A DNA stretch of 63,923 nt, filler included, from Octopus bimaculoides (GCF_001194135.2; 9 parts of 8 records of this genome joined end to end with filler, not necessarily neighbours in it), one strand, 5' to 3'. Positions 49,941 to 62,345 are shown, counted from the first letter of the whole stretch. Numbers and translations are program-made. The notes: generated from the sequence alone by a model not told the origin.

Positions 49941-50147
49941 TTTGAAGCTTGCTTAAGCTACCATGAGTATTATCAGAAGTTACAGCATGTGGTAACGGTT
50001 GCCCCAGAATCCCTTGTACTAACGAACCGGGTGTGTTATGAACCCATAGTCGTCCTAAAGAAGATGCCCTCTTGTGAAGAAATACAACAGCGATAAGCAT
50101 ATTCGGGTTCGAATTTGCCGAAATGTATGAAGAATAAATATGTAAGC

Positions 50148-50360
50148 CAAGGCGGCAAGTCGTCAGAATCGTTACAGCGCCGAACGAAATGCTTTGTGGC
50201 AGTTCGTTCGTTTTCAAGTTCTGAGTTCAAATTCCATTGAGGTCGGGTTTGCCTGTTATCCTTTCGGAGTCGATAAGATAAGTACTTGTCAAACACTGGG
50301 GTCGATGTAATCGACTTAACTCTCCCCTGAAGTTGATGGCCTTCTGCAGAATTTGAAGTA
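50148..50360 (+). mobile_element. SINE family C
   Basis: GGCGGCAAG..TTCTGAGTTCAAATTCC..CCTTTCGGAGTCGATAAG. Confidence 0.88.
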
Positions 50361-50749
50361 AAAAAACATGGAAGTCATCGAATTATGATTTAACTGGGAT
50401 CGAATTTCCTGCAGCTGACACACGATGATGAAGCGAATTGTAATTTTCAAAAGAAATATATTTATTGATTTTAAATATAATTAAATAAATTTCTCATTTG
50501 TATATCTCCACCCATTACTACTATATCCTCCTCTTCCTCCTCCTCCTCTTCTTCCTCCTCCTCCTCCGCCTCCTCCTCCTCCTCCTACTCTATCTTTATG
50601 ATTCTTTCTTACACTCTTTGTATGTTTAGCGTTCCTTCATTTATTGCCTACCATCAAGCCTAGCATGTGCACTCATCCTGCTCCTCTTATGTTGNNNNNN
50701 NNNNAACAGACAATGAGCATTTGTAGCGGTTATTATAAACGGAGAGACA

Positions 50750-50970
50750 AGGCAGCGACCTGGCAGAATGGTTAGCACGCCGGGCACAATGCTTAACAGT
50801 ATTTTTCCCGTCTTTACGTTCTGAGTTCAAATTCCGCCGAGGTCGGCTTTGCCTATCTTTTTTTTTCTGGGTCGATGAAATAAGTACCAGTTGAGCACTG
50901 GGGTCGATGTAATCGACTAGCCCCCTTTCCCAAATTTCAGGCCTTGTACCTTTAGTAGAAAGGATTATTT
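50750..50970 (+). mobile_element. SINE family C with GGCCTTGTACC..AAGGATTATT tail
   Basis: Full head, core and tail. Confidence 0.92.
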
Positions 50971-51251
50971 ACAGAGAGATGATAGCGAATAGAATTAAAT
51001 ACTGTAAACAGTGGTAGCATGTGACATTGACGAATGATTCATTTATTTGAGATGCTGAATTCAGTTTCTGTTCTTTTTTTCTTTTTTTTTATCAAAATGA
51101 ATATTTACTTGTGCAAGATTGGCGTCTAATCCAAGAGGAAATCTTTGTCTTCTCTAAAATTCTGACTCTCAACCGTTTCTTTCCTTCCGTCAAATTGAAG
51201 ACAAGAATAAAGATGAGAAAATTACAACGAGAGATATTCAGCAACAGTACT

Positions 51252-51501
51252 TTGGAGTAAAGATTGTTTGCCAACATAACATGGCAGCCCTGGTTTAGGA
51301 CGAATGTTGCTGTAATTTTAGCTCCAGGAGACATTGTCGTCAGCTGGTTATACGACACGATCGGTGTCCTTGTTCGAAAATATAAGGACACAGACTGTGT
51401 CGTATAGCCAGTGGAGACCGTGTCTCCTGGGGCTAAAATTACAGAAACATTCGTCCTAAACCAGGACTACCAAGTTATGTTGGCAAAAATCTTTACTCCA
51501 A
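51252..51501. mobile_element. Foldback MITE (near-palindrome, ~120-bp arms, 12-nt loop)
   Basis: Left arm TTGGAGTAAAGATTGTTTGCCAACATAAC..GTGTCCTT is the near reverse complement of AAGGACAC..GTTATGTTGGCAAAAATCTTTACTCCAA. Confidence 0.9.
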
Positions 51502-52207
51502 GAATAAAGATTTCTAAGATTGGTAAAAGGTAGCATAACTTTTGTGAAGAAGGTTAAAATCAGTTAAATCGACTACGATTTGTTTTTATGAAACTTGGTG
51601 TCAGGAAAGGTGAGGTTGGCACCAAGTGGAATTCAAACTCAGGATGTAAAAGAACGTAATTACATACGGCAAGAGGTTACGTCCAAGACGCTTAAGCGTT
51701 CCTCACACCACCACCACCACCACCACCACCACCACCATATCTACCATTATGATAAGAGTATTTCATATCGAAAGAGGGTGAAAGAGTGTTTTGTGTAAGC
51801 TTGGCACTTGTGCGCGCGCACAATTGTCTTACAAGTTGTGCAAAAAGCAGAACAGGAAAAAATTTGCGTGTAAGATTTTTTTTAAAACATAAAAGATGGT
51901 TGTTCGCATGAATGTGCACATGTTTTGCAAAGAAAGACATGATTTGTATACTAGCAAATTTTGCCCACATCCACAGCCAAATAATTAGAGAAAGCATTAG
52001 TGATAAATATATAAAAGGAACAGCATGTTATTGATTGCATCAACCGTGGTGTATATGAAACAAAAGGTTATAAATATGTATGAGATAAGCTGTTCAATGT
52101 CTGAAGTCGAGTATCAACAATTGTAAACGTGAAATGAATGAATGGTAAGTTGCCAATATTGACGAATTGCAGATGTAATTGTAGACTATGTTTGGGCCGT
52201 ATGTGTT

Positions 52208-52250
<43 letters not shown>

Positions 52251-52350
52251 NNNNNNNNNNNNNNNNNNNNNNNNNNNNNNNNNNNNNNNNNNNNTTAATT
52301 AATTAANNNNNNNNNNNNNNNNNNNNNNNNNNNNNNNNNNNNNNNNNNNN

Positions 52351-52648
52351 GCTCCAATCTAATTTGGCAGAGTTTCTACAGCTGGATGCCCTTCCTAACA
52401 CCAACCACTCAGAGAGTGTAGTGGGTGCTTTTACGTGTCACCCGCACGAAAACGGCCACACTCGAAATGGTGTCTTTTATGTGCCACCAGCACAAGAGCC
52501 AGTCCAGGGGCACCGGCAACGATCTCGCTCGAAAAACCTCATGTGTCACTCGCACAAGTGCCAGTCCATGGGCACTGGCAACGATCTCGCATGAAAGATA
52601 TCATGTGTCGCCCGCACATGAGCCAGTCCAGGGGCACTGGCAACGAAC
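52351..52648 (-). mobile_element. Retroposon family D (my label), partial, with internal ~50-60-bp repeats
   Basis: Near-identical to 61225-61510 (GGATGCCCTTCCTAAC..CAACC; GCACAAGAGCCAGTCCAGGGGCAC repeats). Confidence 0.85.
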
Positions 52649-52659
52649 CCGGTGTGTGT

Positions 52660-53075
52660 CTTTGTGTCTGTGTTAGGCCACTACCAATGCTTGACAACCA
52701 GTGTTGATGTATTTATGTTCCCGTAACTTAGCAGTTCAGTCAAAGTGACTGATAGAATGAGTACCAGGCTTAAAAAGAAAATTAAGACTGGGGGCAATTA
52801 GTGCAACTAAAATTCCACAAGGTGGTGCCACAGCATTACTGCAGTCCAATGGCTGAAACAAGATAAAAAATAAAAGACAGAAGATAAAAAAATTTATCAG
52901 ATAACCCAATATATATATTCAGTCATCGTTGTGTGACTCAGAAGTTCACTTTCCAATGGCATGGTTCTAGGTTCATGGTTCTGGTACCTTGGGTAACTAT
53001 CTTCTATTACAGTTCTGGGCCAACCAAAACCTTGTGTGTGGAGCTGCTTGAGTGAAACTGAAGAAAGCCTACCCT
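52660..53075 (+). mobile_element. SINE-B 3' half (52660-52870) followed by degenerate SINE-B 5' half (52930-53075)
   Basis: CCCGTAACTTAGCAGTTC..AAGGTGGTGCCACAGCATTACTGCAGTC..TGAAAC; then GGTACCTTGGGTAACTATCTTCTA..GAAACTGAAGAAAGCC. Confidence 0.8.
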
Positions 53076-53348
53076 GTACATTAAGTGTGTGTGTGAGATT
53101 TTGTCTCCATATACTGACATCATTCAACAGATGTATATGAGTGTCATTGTCATAAGAGTAATACCATTTGATTCCATTTTTGTATGACTGTATGTTTGGT
53201 GTATGCAGAGATATTACATAGCTTCAAAAGAGCTCAGAAGTGACAACAGAAAGGGTATCAGCCTAAACAAAATTTGTCTCAATAAATTTCATGTGACTCA
53301 TGCAAGCAACAAAAAGAGGCCATTTAAATCATGTAAACTGCTGATATA

Positions 53349-53381
<33 letters not shown>

Positions 53382-53399
53382 CAAATGGACAAAGAGATA

Positions 53400-54210
53400 A
53401 GAATGGTGTGATGGGTAAATTGTCACCATTTTATATTTCTAATTTCACACATGTGCATTGTTTGTTTTTGATTTCGTTGACTACACAGTATAGTAGGGTC
53501 AGTTGGGCACTGTCTGTGAGAAAAACAGCACCATGACACAATTCACTCTGTCAGAAATTTGGAAACAACATGTTGTTCTGCTTGGCATTCATGCTGGAAG
53601 CTCCAATACAATCATTTCAGAGTGTTTGGGTGTTAATCTGAGGAGAGTACAGGTTCTGAGAGTAATAAAAATCCAACATCCAGTCAACATCATGGTGTTC
53701 GGAGTGGGCACTAGTGATGATGACGTTATGCCTCCATTCATCATCCCACATGGCGTCACACTCAACACGGAGACATACATCAAGTGCCTGGAGGAAGTAG
53801 TGCCACCCTGGAGCAAGAGGATGGCTGCTGGAAGACCCTGCATCTGGCAACAGGACTCTGCACCATGCCACACAAGAAGGAGAATCCAGCTATGGCTGTC
53901 AGACAATTTCTGCAACACATCATCCCAAAGAGATATGGTCACCTAACTCCCCAGATTGCAACCTCCTTGATTATTATGTGTTGGGGGCACTTGAGTAAGA
54001 GACCAACAAAACTCCTTGTAACACCAAAGATGAACTGAAGGCAATGATTATGGTCGCATTCACTAACTTAAACAAGGAGATCATCTCCAGAATAGTTGCA
54101 GGAGATTCCGAAGCTATCCAGAGGCTGTGGTTGAAGCCATTCGCAATTTTATTGAATAAATTTACTCTTTAGTATTTCAAGATACTTTTATGCAATTTTG
54201 CTAAATATAT
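53400..54210 (+). mobile_element. Internally deleted IS630-Tc1-mariner element, probably maT/DD37D type
   Basis: ..HPVNIMVFGV..SDDDVMPPFI..LNTETYIKCL..WQQDSAPCHT..WLSDNF../..NSPDCNLLDYYV: D rather than E at the third catalytic position. Confidence 0.8.
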
Positions 54211-55160
54211 CTGTGTGTGTGTGTGTGTGTGTGCATGTGCATGTATATGTATAAAGTTTACTGAAACAAAATATTTAGCCCATGATTCAACTTTCATGCC
54301 ACTGCAATCTTCAGGTGAGAACTCATCAGAAGATAACATCAGTGTCAATTTGAATCATGAGATAAAATTCAGCTTCTATAAGCCATATACATTACAACAT
54401 ATAATGAGCACCCTTCTCTCAATTATTTATTATAATTCAACAGTTTTATCCACCCCCACACACATATACATACATACATATCTGTATGTATGTATATGCA
54501 TATATATATTTGTAAATATATATGCATGTATATGTGTGCGTGCATATATGTATGCGTGTGTATATGTATGCATGTATGAATGTATGTATGTATGNNNNNN
54601 NNNNTATATTTGCATACATATTTATATATACATGTGTGTGTGTATAACTGTATATGTGTGTGTATGTATGTATATGCATATATATATTTGTAAATATATA
54701 TGCATGTATATGTGTGCGTGCATATATGTATGCGTGTGTATATGTATGCATGTATGAATGTATGTATGTATGAATGTATGTATGTATGTATGTGTGTATG
54801 TATGTATGTATGCATGGGGATAAATGCTGTGACATCTAGACTATGAACAGCACACATGCACATATATTTACTCATACTTCCCAAAATAAATAAATAAATA
54901 AATGAAAGATAAATCAATAAATAAAACTCTTTCCCTTTATGTTTCACGTGTAAACATACCAAATTGTCGAGATGAAACCCATGATCTTCTATTAGTTTCT
55001 ATGTCTCTAATTGGTTGTTTCATTTTATTGACATGCAATTAGGTTTAGACATGCAACTGTACACAACTCCTGGACTTTGAAATACACACACACACGCACA
55101 CACATAAGTAGATAGATAGTTTGCTAAATGGATATCAGTCATCTATCTATCGTATATACA

Positions 55161-55203
<43 letters not shown>

Positions 55204-55389
55204 ACATGCACACACATACACGTATACATGTATATACATACACAAACACACACACTGACATGCATAAACACAGACATGACAGAAGTAAATAGACAACCTT
55301 ATAATCATTAAAATTTATTTTAATCTGAAATTATATGTTCAAATTATTTTTTAATTATTATAATGTGAATATCTGGTATTTAGTAAACA

Positions 55390-56560
55390 TGCCCTTGGCA
55401 TTTTTTAATGCGAGTATCCTATAAGTCATGCTACTGATCAGAGGATGAATATTCTCTTGCAGAATCTCAAAAGATCTGGTTTTGAAAATACTTTCTTGTT
55501 CTGTCCATTATTCCCCAGAGATGTTAAATAGGGTTCATATCTGGTGAATGGTTTGGCCATGGATTTTCTAATGCCATTCTTTTCCAACCAGTCTTGGGTC
55601 ATTTTAGTCATGTGACAAGGAGCTCCATCTTCCATAACTAAAGAGTTTTCTTTAATCATTTCACCATTGGAGACGATTGGAAGGAGTCCTTTCTGCAATA
55701 TGGACATGTATTTATCTGAGTTTATGTTTCCTATTTCTTTATTGCCCACAAGGGGCTAAACATAGAGGACAGACAAAGGGATTAAGTCGATTACATCGAC
55801 CCCAGTGCGTAACTGGTACTTAATTTATTGACCCCGAAAGGATGAAAGGCAAATTCGACCTCGGCAGAATTTGAACTCAGAACATAACGGCAGACAAAAT
55901 ACTGCTAAGCATTTTGCCTGGCATGCTAACGTTTCTGCCAGCTCGCCACCTTTAGTTTATGGTTCTATCACACTCCACCATCTCTGATTTATCATTGCTC
56001 CAAATTGCTCTCCAGACCATCACAGAATAGATGCTGTGTTTCATTGTTGACAGGAACTTTTTCATATCAAATTCTTGATCACAGAGTCTCCAGACCCACA
56101 CTTGACCACTGTCAGAAAATACAACACATCTAAACTCATTAGAGAATGTGATAGCATCCAAAAATGGTAGTGGCCACTCCATCATTTCACTGGCCTAACC
56201 TAATCTTTTCTACACTTGATGTTGGCTGGTTGAAGAAGTGGTTTCTCTCTTGCTGCTCTGCCATAGAAGCCAAGTTTGTGGAGATACCTGACAGCTGTTC
56301 TGGGACTAGCATCAACTTGTTCTGCTATGTCAGAGGCCGTGCAATGAAGATATCCCCCACACTTCATTTAACAAAGCAAAGGGTCCTGTCAGAGGACCCT
56401 GGTCAACCTGGGTAAGGTGAGGTGGACTCCTTTCCCTCTCTGGCGAATTGCACAATCACCCTATTAACAATAGAAAGTAGGTTTTCTGCAATTTTACACT
56501 GTCAACCAACAGATTGACCCACAATACGGCCTCTTTGAAATCTGGAAAGTTCCATGGCTT
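55390..56560 (-). mobile_element. Decayed Tc1 transposon interrupted by a SINE
   Basis: Minus peptides SPRTAVRYLHKLGFYGRAAREKPLL, ITFSNEFR..VWR..SVMVWRAIW..ECDRTIN / INSDKYMSILQKGLLP..MEDGAPCH. Confidence 0.85.
55731..55953 (-). mobile_element. SINE family C nested in Tc1, 12-bp TSD
   Basis: AGTTTATG(T/G)TTC at 55719-55730 and 55954-55965. Confidence 0.92.
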
Positions 56561-56679
56561 CTTTTGTACATGTCATAATTAAACAGTCACATATTGAACC
56601 TAAAACTTTAAAATGTCCATTAATAAAAACTATTTATAGTATTAAATATTCATCATGGCTGATCTAACCAATCGGTTTC

Positions 56680-57202
56680 ACATAAAGAATACTTTCCAAG
56701 TCGTTGAAGATGATGATGAACAGTTGTATGGTTTGAACTAAGCTTTATTGCCAATTCTTCAACTGTAAATGCAGGATTTTCTTCAAGTAATGCCTCAAGG
56801 AGCTTATCATCAAACTCAACTGGACGTCCTGTTCGATCTTCATCTTCAAGTTTGAAATCTCCACTTTTGAATTTTGCAACCCATCTTCTGCAAGTTCTTT
56901 CATTCAAGCATTCTTTCCCATAAACTGAGTGTATGTTTCAAGTTGCTGCGGTTGCAGAATTTCTTTTTTGTACTCATAAAGCATTATGTCCCTTAAATGC
57001 TCTTTGGATACTTCCATGTTAGAAAGGGTTTTAATAAAAGAAATTTTAATTGTATTATTCTGCAAAATAATATTTAATTAGTTTAAATGTACACAAATGC
57101 ATAAAAATAATTTTTTATTCCATTAGATATTCTAAAATGCTATTAAATTTCATTCAATATTAAAAAAGATAAAATTGGACAGAACTTATGAGATGACCTG
57201 AT
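56680..57202 (-). mobile_element. Mariner (Mos1-like) 5' fragment: TIR + HTH domain
   Basis: TA-TCAGGTCATCTCATAAGTTCTGTCC end at about 57200; MEVSKEHLRDIMLYEY../..NERTCRRWVAKFKSGDFKLEDEDRTGRPVEFDD..TVEELA..TVHHHLQRLGK. Confidence 0.9.
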
Positions 57203-57494
57203 ATATATATATATATATATATANNNNNNNNNNNNNNNNNNNNNNNNNNNNNNNNNNNNNNNNNNNNNNNNNNNNNNNNNNNNNNNNNNNNNNNNNNNNN
57301 NNNNNNNNNNNNNNNNNNNNNNNNNNNNNNNNNNNNNNNNNNNNNNNNNNNNNNNNNNNNNNNNNNNNNNNNNNNNNNNNNNNNNNNNNNNNNNNNNNNN
57401 NNNNNNNNNNNNNNNNNNNNNNNNNNNNNNNNNNNNNNNNNNNNNNNNNNNNNNNNNNNNNNNNNNNNNNNNNNNNNNNNNNNNNNNNNNNNNT

Positions 57495-57542
57495 TCCTCT
57501 AGTTTCAGCTCAGAGCTGCGGCCATGCTGATGCACCACCGTT
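57495..57542 (-). mobile_element. Isolated CR1/SINE-B-type 3' tail
   Basis: Minus AACGGTGGTGCATCAGCATGGCCGCAGCTCTGAGCTGAAAC matches 48146-48189. Confidence 0.7.
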
Positions 57543-59202
57543 ATATATATGTAGCAAACTCATAAGAGGCGGAGAGAGAACGTAAGTACGTTTGCCCGAA
57601 CATGAGAAATTATTGCTTTCTCATTGGTTAAAAATTACTGCCCATATACGAATTATGAACTTCGTTGAAGAAATCTTTCACGGGGTTACGGTTCTATGAT
57701 TCGTGTATGAGTAGTTATAAAAACCCTGATTTTTGGCAAAATCTCCAGTGATCGTTAGTTGCCACTAAAGTCCACGACACTCACCTTTTGAGTATAGGCT
57801 AATATATATGCCATGTTCAATACTCAAATTCGACAATATTGAATTGTCGTGAAACCTTATAGTTAGAATGAGAAACTAGTTAATATAAAATTTAAGTCGT
57901 AATTCTCTACGACGAAATGATTTGGTTTCTAGATTTCTATAAATGTAAAAAAAAATGTATATAATAAATTAATATAGAAACTTAATTCCTTTTACTTCTC
58001 GTTTCTTTCAACTTGTTGAATTTATTTCTGTATATTAATGAAACTGTATTTTTTTATGTGTAACGGTCAAAAAAATATAATCTATATCTTCAACATACAT
58101 GTACGTAATGAACGCACGTTCAGCGTCTTGGTATGATACATCATAACATTGACGCAGCCTAAACTAAGAGTTATGCTTAGTGATAAATACTTATAATTAA
58201 GTTATAAGTAACGAGATTATCATTATAGCTTTTAATTAATAAACAATAATATTTGTTATAACTTACGAATGAAAACATTGTAAATAAAGATATAGTANNN
58301 NNNNNNNNNNNNNNNNNNNNNNNNNNNNNNNNNNNNNNNNNNNNNNNNNNNNNNNNNNNNNNNNNNNNNNNNNNNNNNNNNNNNNNNNNNNNNNNNNNNN
58401 NNNNNNNNNNNNNNNNNNNNNNNNNNNNNNNNNNNNNNNNNNNNNNNNNNNNNNNNNNNNNNNNNNNNNNNNNNNNNNNNNNNNNNNNNNNNNNNNNNNN
58501 NNNNNNNNNNNNNNNNNNNNNNNNNNNNNNNNNNNNNNNNNNNNNNNNNNNNNNNNNNNNNNNNNNNNNNNNNNNNNNNNNNNNNNNNNNNNNNNNNNNN
58601 NNNNNNNNNNNNNNNNNNNNNNNNNNNNNNNNNNNNNNNNNNNNNNNNNNNNNNNNNNNNNNNNNNNNNNNNNNNNNNNNNNNNNNNNNNNNNNNNNNNN
58701 NNNNNNNNNNNNNNNNNNNNNNNNNNNNNNNNNNNNNNNNNNNNNNNNNNNNNNNNNNNNNNNNNNNNNNNNNNNNNNNNNNNNNNNNNNNNNNNNNNNN
58801 NNNNNNNNNNNNNNNNNNNNNNNNNNNNNNNNNNNNNNNNNNNNNNNNNNNNNNNNNNNNNNNNNNNNNNNNNNNNNNNNNNNNNNNNNNNNNNNNNNNN
58901 NNNNNNNNNNNNNNNNNNNNNNNNNNNNNNNNNNNNNNNNNNNNNNNNNNNNNNNNNNNNNNNNNNNNNNNNNNNNNNNNNNNNNNNNNNNNNNNNNNNN
59001 NNNNNNNNNNNNNNNNNNNNNNNNNNNNNNNNNNNNNNNNNNNNNNNNNNNNNNNNNNNNNNNNNNNNNNNNNNNNNNNNNNNNNNNNNNNNNNNNNNNN
59101 NNNNNNNNNNNNNNNNNNNNNNNNNNNNNNNNNNNNNNNNNNNNNNNNNNNNNNNNNNNNNNNNNNNNNNNNNNNNNNNNNNNNNNNNNNNNNNNNNNNN
59201 NN

Positions 59203-59235
<33 letters not shown>

Positions 59236-59337
59236 TATACACATATATATATATGTAAGTATGTATGTATGTATGTATGTATATGTATATGTATTATATA
59301 TGTATATATATATGTGTGTATGTGTGTATTTAGTGAG

Positions 59338-59470
59338 GGGTGCATAGCTTAGTGTTGCACTCACGATCGCTAGACTGCAATTTCAATTCCTAGACCAGGC
59401 GGTGCATTTGTGTTTTTGAGCAAAACATTTCATCTTACATTACTCTTTGATCACTTCAACATCTGATACA
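59338..59470 (+). mobile_element. Degenerate A/E-type SINE head
   Basis: GCATAGCTTAGTG..TTTCAATTCC..TGTGTTTTTGAGCAAAACATTTCAT. Confidence 0.55.
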
Positions 59471-59624
59471 TGATAGACTGTGCACCTGTTCAGGCTGTGT
59501 CAATTTGATGGAGAGAGTTAGCTAATGTGTGGCACAAACGTTTGGTCGCTATATACAAATCATTTGTGCAGGTCGTTCAGCAAAAACTGAATGTTCATAT
59601 ATCATCTTTGATGGGAGAGTCCAT

Positions 59625-60151
59625 TATCTTCCCTGTCAGTACATAGAATCTGCTTTTTGTGTCTATAAGGGTCTTTGACTCTTGTTTCTAGCAATGTAGG
59701 TGCTGCCCTTGCACTCTCAATCACTATTTGTGACAACTGAATTTTTTCATTTTGGTTTTATAGTGTGTCTAGACGCCTTCATTATTTTATAATTTTAACG
59801 TTACCATGTTGCTGAATCAGCCATTGATTCATGTGGTAAATACTATATGCCGCCAAGAAGGATTTGGCTTAACCATAAGCGATGGAGTAGTCACTACTGA
59901 TGAGCTTTAATCCCAAGCAAAACTAGCTTGCTAGAATAGTGATCTTGCTCACTATGGGGAAGTTATTTCCCCTGTCAGTACATAGAATGTGCTTTCTGTG
60001 GCTATAATGGTCTTTGGTGGCTATAATGGTCTCTGATTTTTGTTTCTAGCAATGTAGGTGCTACCCCCAAACCTTCAATCACCATTAGTGACAACTGAAT
60101 TTTTCCTTTTTGGTTTTATATTGTGTCTAGCTACCTTTGTTATTTTATATA
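59625..60151. repeat. Diverged direct duplication, 339-bp offset
   Basis: CCCTGTCAGTACATAGAAT at 59631 and 59970; ~170 bp alignable; second copy has an internal 19-bp duplication. Confidence 0.85.
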
Positions 60152-60369
60152 NNNNNNNNNNNNNNNNNNNNNNNNNNNNNNNNNNNNNNNNNNNNTTAAT
60201 TAATTAANNNNNNNNNNNNNNNNNNNNNNNNNNNNNNNNNNNNNNNNNNNNTATATATATATATATATATATTATTATTATATATGTGTATATACATTCA
60301 TACATACATATATATATATAAACATACACATGCACACACACAAACAGAAACACACACACACATGTATAT

Positions 60370-60510
60370 ATGATGGGCTTCCATCAGTTTCCTTCAACCA
60401 AATCCACTTACAAGGCTTTGGTCAGGCTGAGGCTATAGAAGAAGGCACTTGCCTAAGACGCCACACAGTTTGACTGAACCCGGAATCATGTGGTTGCAAA
60501 TCAAACTCCT
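60370..60510 (-). mobile_element. SINE-B 5' half
   Basis: GGGCTTCCATCAGTTTCC..CAAGGCTTTGGTC..GCACTTGCCTAAG..TGAACCCGGAATCATGTGG. Confidence 0.85.
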
Positions 60511-60914
60511 TATTACACACACACACACACACACACATGCACGTGCTTCACCCTATATTCATTTTTTTAATTTCGGTACAATTCTACAATGAATGTGGGT
60601 GTATAAAAGCATTCTGCCTCTCAGTACCCTTTTCTGTCTGCTGATTCATCCTACCCCATTCAACCACTCCCTCGTTTCTCTCTGTCTCTCTCCTTAACTT
60701 TTCCACTCCCAACTCTACTTAAACTGACATTTAGTACATATGTACTCATGCACAGTTACACAACCCCCTAAAAATGATCTGCTTTCAACTCACCTCTCAA
60801 TTACGTACCCAACTTTGTTGATGTTAGAAACCATAGCTTCTTGCACCCACATCTGCTAAACATGCTGGTCATGAGATCAAAACTTGTTGGAACCTCAAGG
60901 AATTACTTTTAAGG

Positions 60915-61085
60915 CATTGCTGTAGCTGCATGGTAAGAAGTTTGCTTTCCACCCACATGGGTCTGGGTTCAGTCCCACTGTGTGACACCTTGGTAAATTG
61001 CCTTCTACTATAACCCTGGGCTGTCTAAAGCCTTGTGAGTGGATTTCAATTGACAGAAACTGAAAGAAGCCCATTGTATATATTT
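60915..61085 (+). mobile_element. SINE-B 5' half
   Basis: GGTAAGAAGTTTGC..GGGTTCAGTCCCACTG..GAAACTGAAAGAAGCCC. Confidence 0.88.
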
Positions 61086-61127
61086 GTGTGTGTGGGGGGG
61101 TGTGTGTATGAATTATGTATGTGTGTG

Positions 61128-61556
61128 TCATCATCATCATCATCATCGTTTAACATCCGCTTTCCATGCTAGCATGGGTTGGACGATTTGACTGAGGACT
61201 GGTGCAACCGGATGGCTACACCAGGCTCCAATCTAATTTGGCAGAGTTTCTACAGCTGGATGCCCTTCCTAACGCCAACCACTCAGAGAGTGTAGTGGGT
61301 GCTTTTACGTGTCACCCGCACGAAAACGGCCACCCTCGAAATGGTGTCTTTTACGTGCCACCCGCACAAGAGCCAGTCCAGGGCACTGGCAATGATATCG
61401 CTCGAAAACTCTACAAGGCCAGTCAGGCGGTACTGGCAACGGTCACGCTCAGGATGGTACATCTTATGTGCCACCCGCACAAGAGCCAGTCCAGGGGCAC
61501 TGGCAACGTTCTCACTTGGCTTGCCGGGTCTTCTCACGCACAGCACATTTCCAAAG
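61128..61556 (-). mobile_element. Retroposon family D with (GAT)n 3' tail
   Basis: Minus 3' end CCAACCCATGCTAGCATGGAAAGCGGATGTTAAAC(GAT)n; internal repeats as at 52351. Confidence 0.88.
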
Positions 61557-61656
61557 NNNNNNNNNNNNNNNNNNNNNNNNNNNNNNNNNNNNNNNNNNNN
61601 TTAATTAATTAANNNNNNNNNNNNNNNNNNNNNNNNNNNNNNNNNNNNNNNNNNNN

Positions 61657-62345
61657 GACCATAAATTAAGTTTTAATTTATTGACTAAGGTAGGTATGTA
61701 TTTGTCAAGTATATTTTTAATAAGAATACCAATATCAGATTTGGATGGACAAATTAGACGTAATTTAGGGCTATTCCAAAAGTTTATCTTATGGTTTTTT
61801 AAAACGAAATGGGGTTGTTTAGGGTTTAAAGGTTCAGTTCTCTTTTGCAAGTCATATTCCTCCATGATATTTTTCGCTTCAAGGTTAGCATTCCTAAGTG
61901 TTGTTTTACTTGTGATTCGGTAGTTTTTTCTATTTCTCTTTTTAGTAGATCATTGTAATGTTCCTTAGATAATTTATACATATTTCCTGTTTTGTCGGAC
62001 TTGACTAGTATTCCGTCAATGCTATTTATTTCCTTCGTTAAATTGTTGAGGTATCTGAGGTGATTATTTCTTAATGGTGATTTATAAAACTTCACGTTTT
62101 TCACTATTGACCATAGTTCTTCTTCAAATTGCTTTAGTTTTAGGTTAGTTTGAATAGTTTTTTAGAAACTGAGTATGGGTCCTTGTCTATTTGTAGGTCA
62201 CTCTTGTTGTCGAAGAAATAGGTTATCCATCTCACTCGGTTTATAAAAGAGTTAGTGTTACTGATAAGCTGTTTAAGGAATGTATTCTTTGGTGGAATGG
62301 GTATGTCCTTAAGTGATGCGTTGATGTTGAATAACTGCATCTTTG
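61657..62345 (-). mobile_element. Penelope-like element ORF N-terminal/pre-RT region, decayed
   Basis: SLKDIPIP..FINRVRWITYFF..LVKSDKTGNMYKLSKEHYNDLL../..LKNHKINF..PKLRLICPSKSDIG..KNILD..LNLW, typical of the PLE N-terminal/early RT region. Confidence 0.85.

Noticed and set aside
54480-54790. ~110-bp exact duplication
   Set aside because: Straddles a 10-N gap; probable assembly overlap.
321-59364. Long ORFs in the track (e.g. 321-1424, 36596-38023, 58177-59364)
   Set aside because: Consist of N runs and dinucleotide repeats; artefacts.
11039-61510. CRISPR-like arrays (17-bp tandem, family-D repeats, 22-bp minisatellite)
   Set aside because: No unique spacers of constant length, no cas genes, eukaryotic context.
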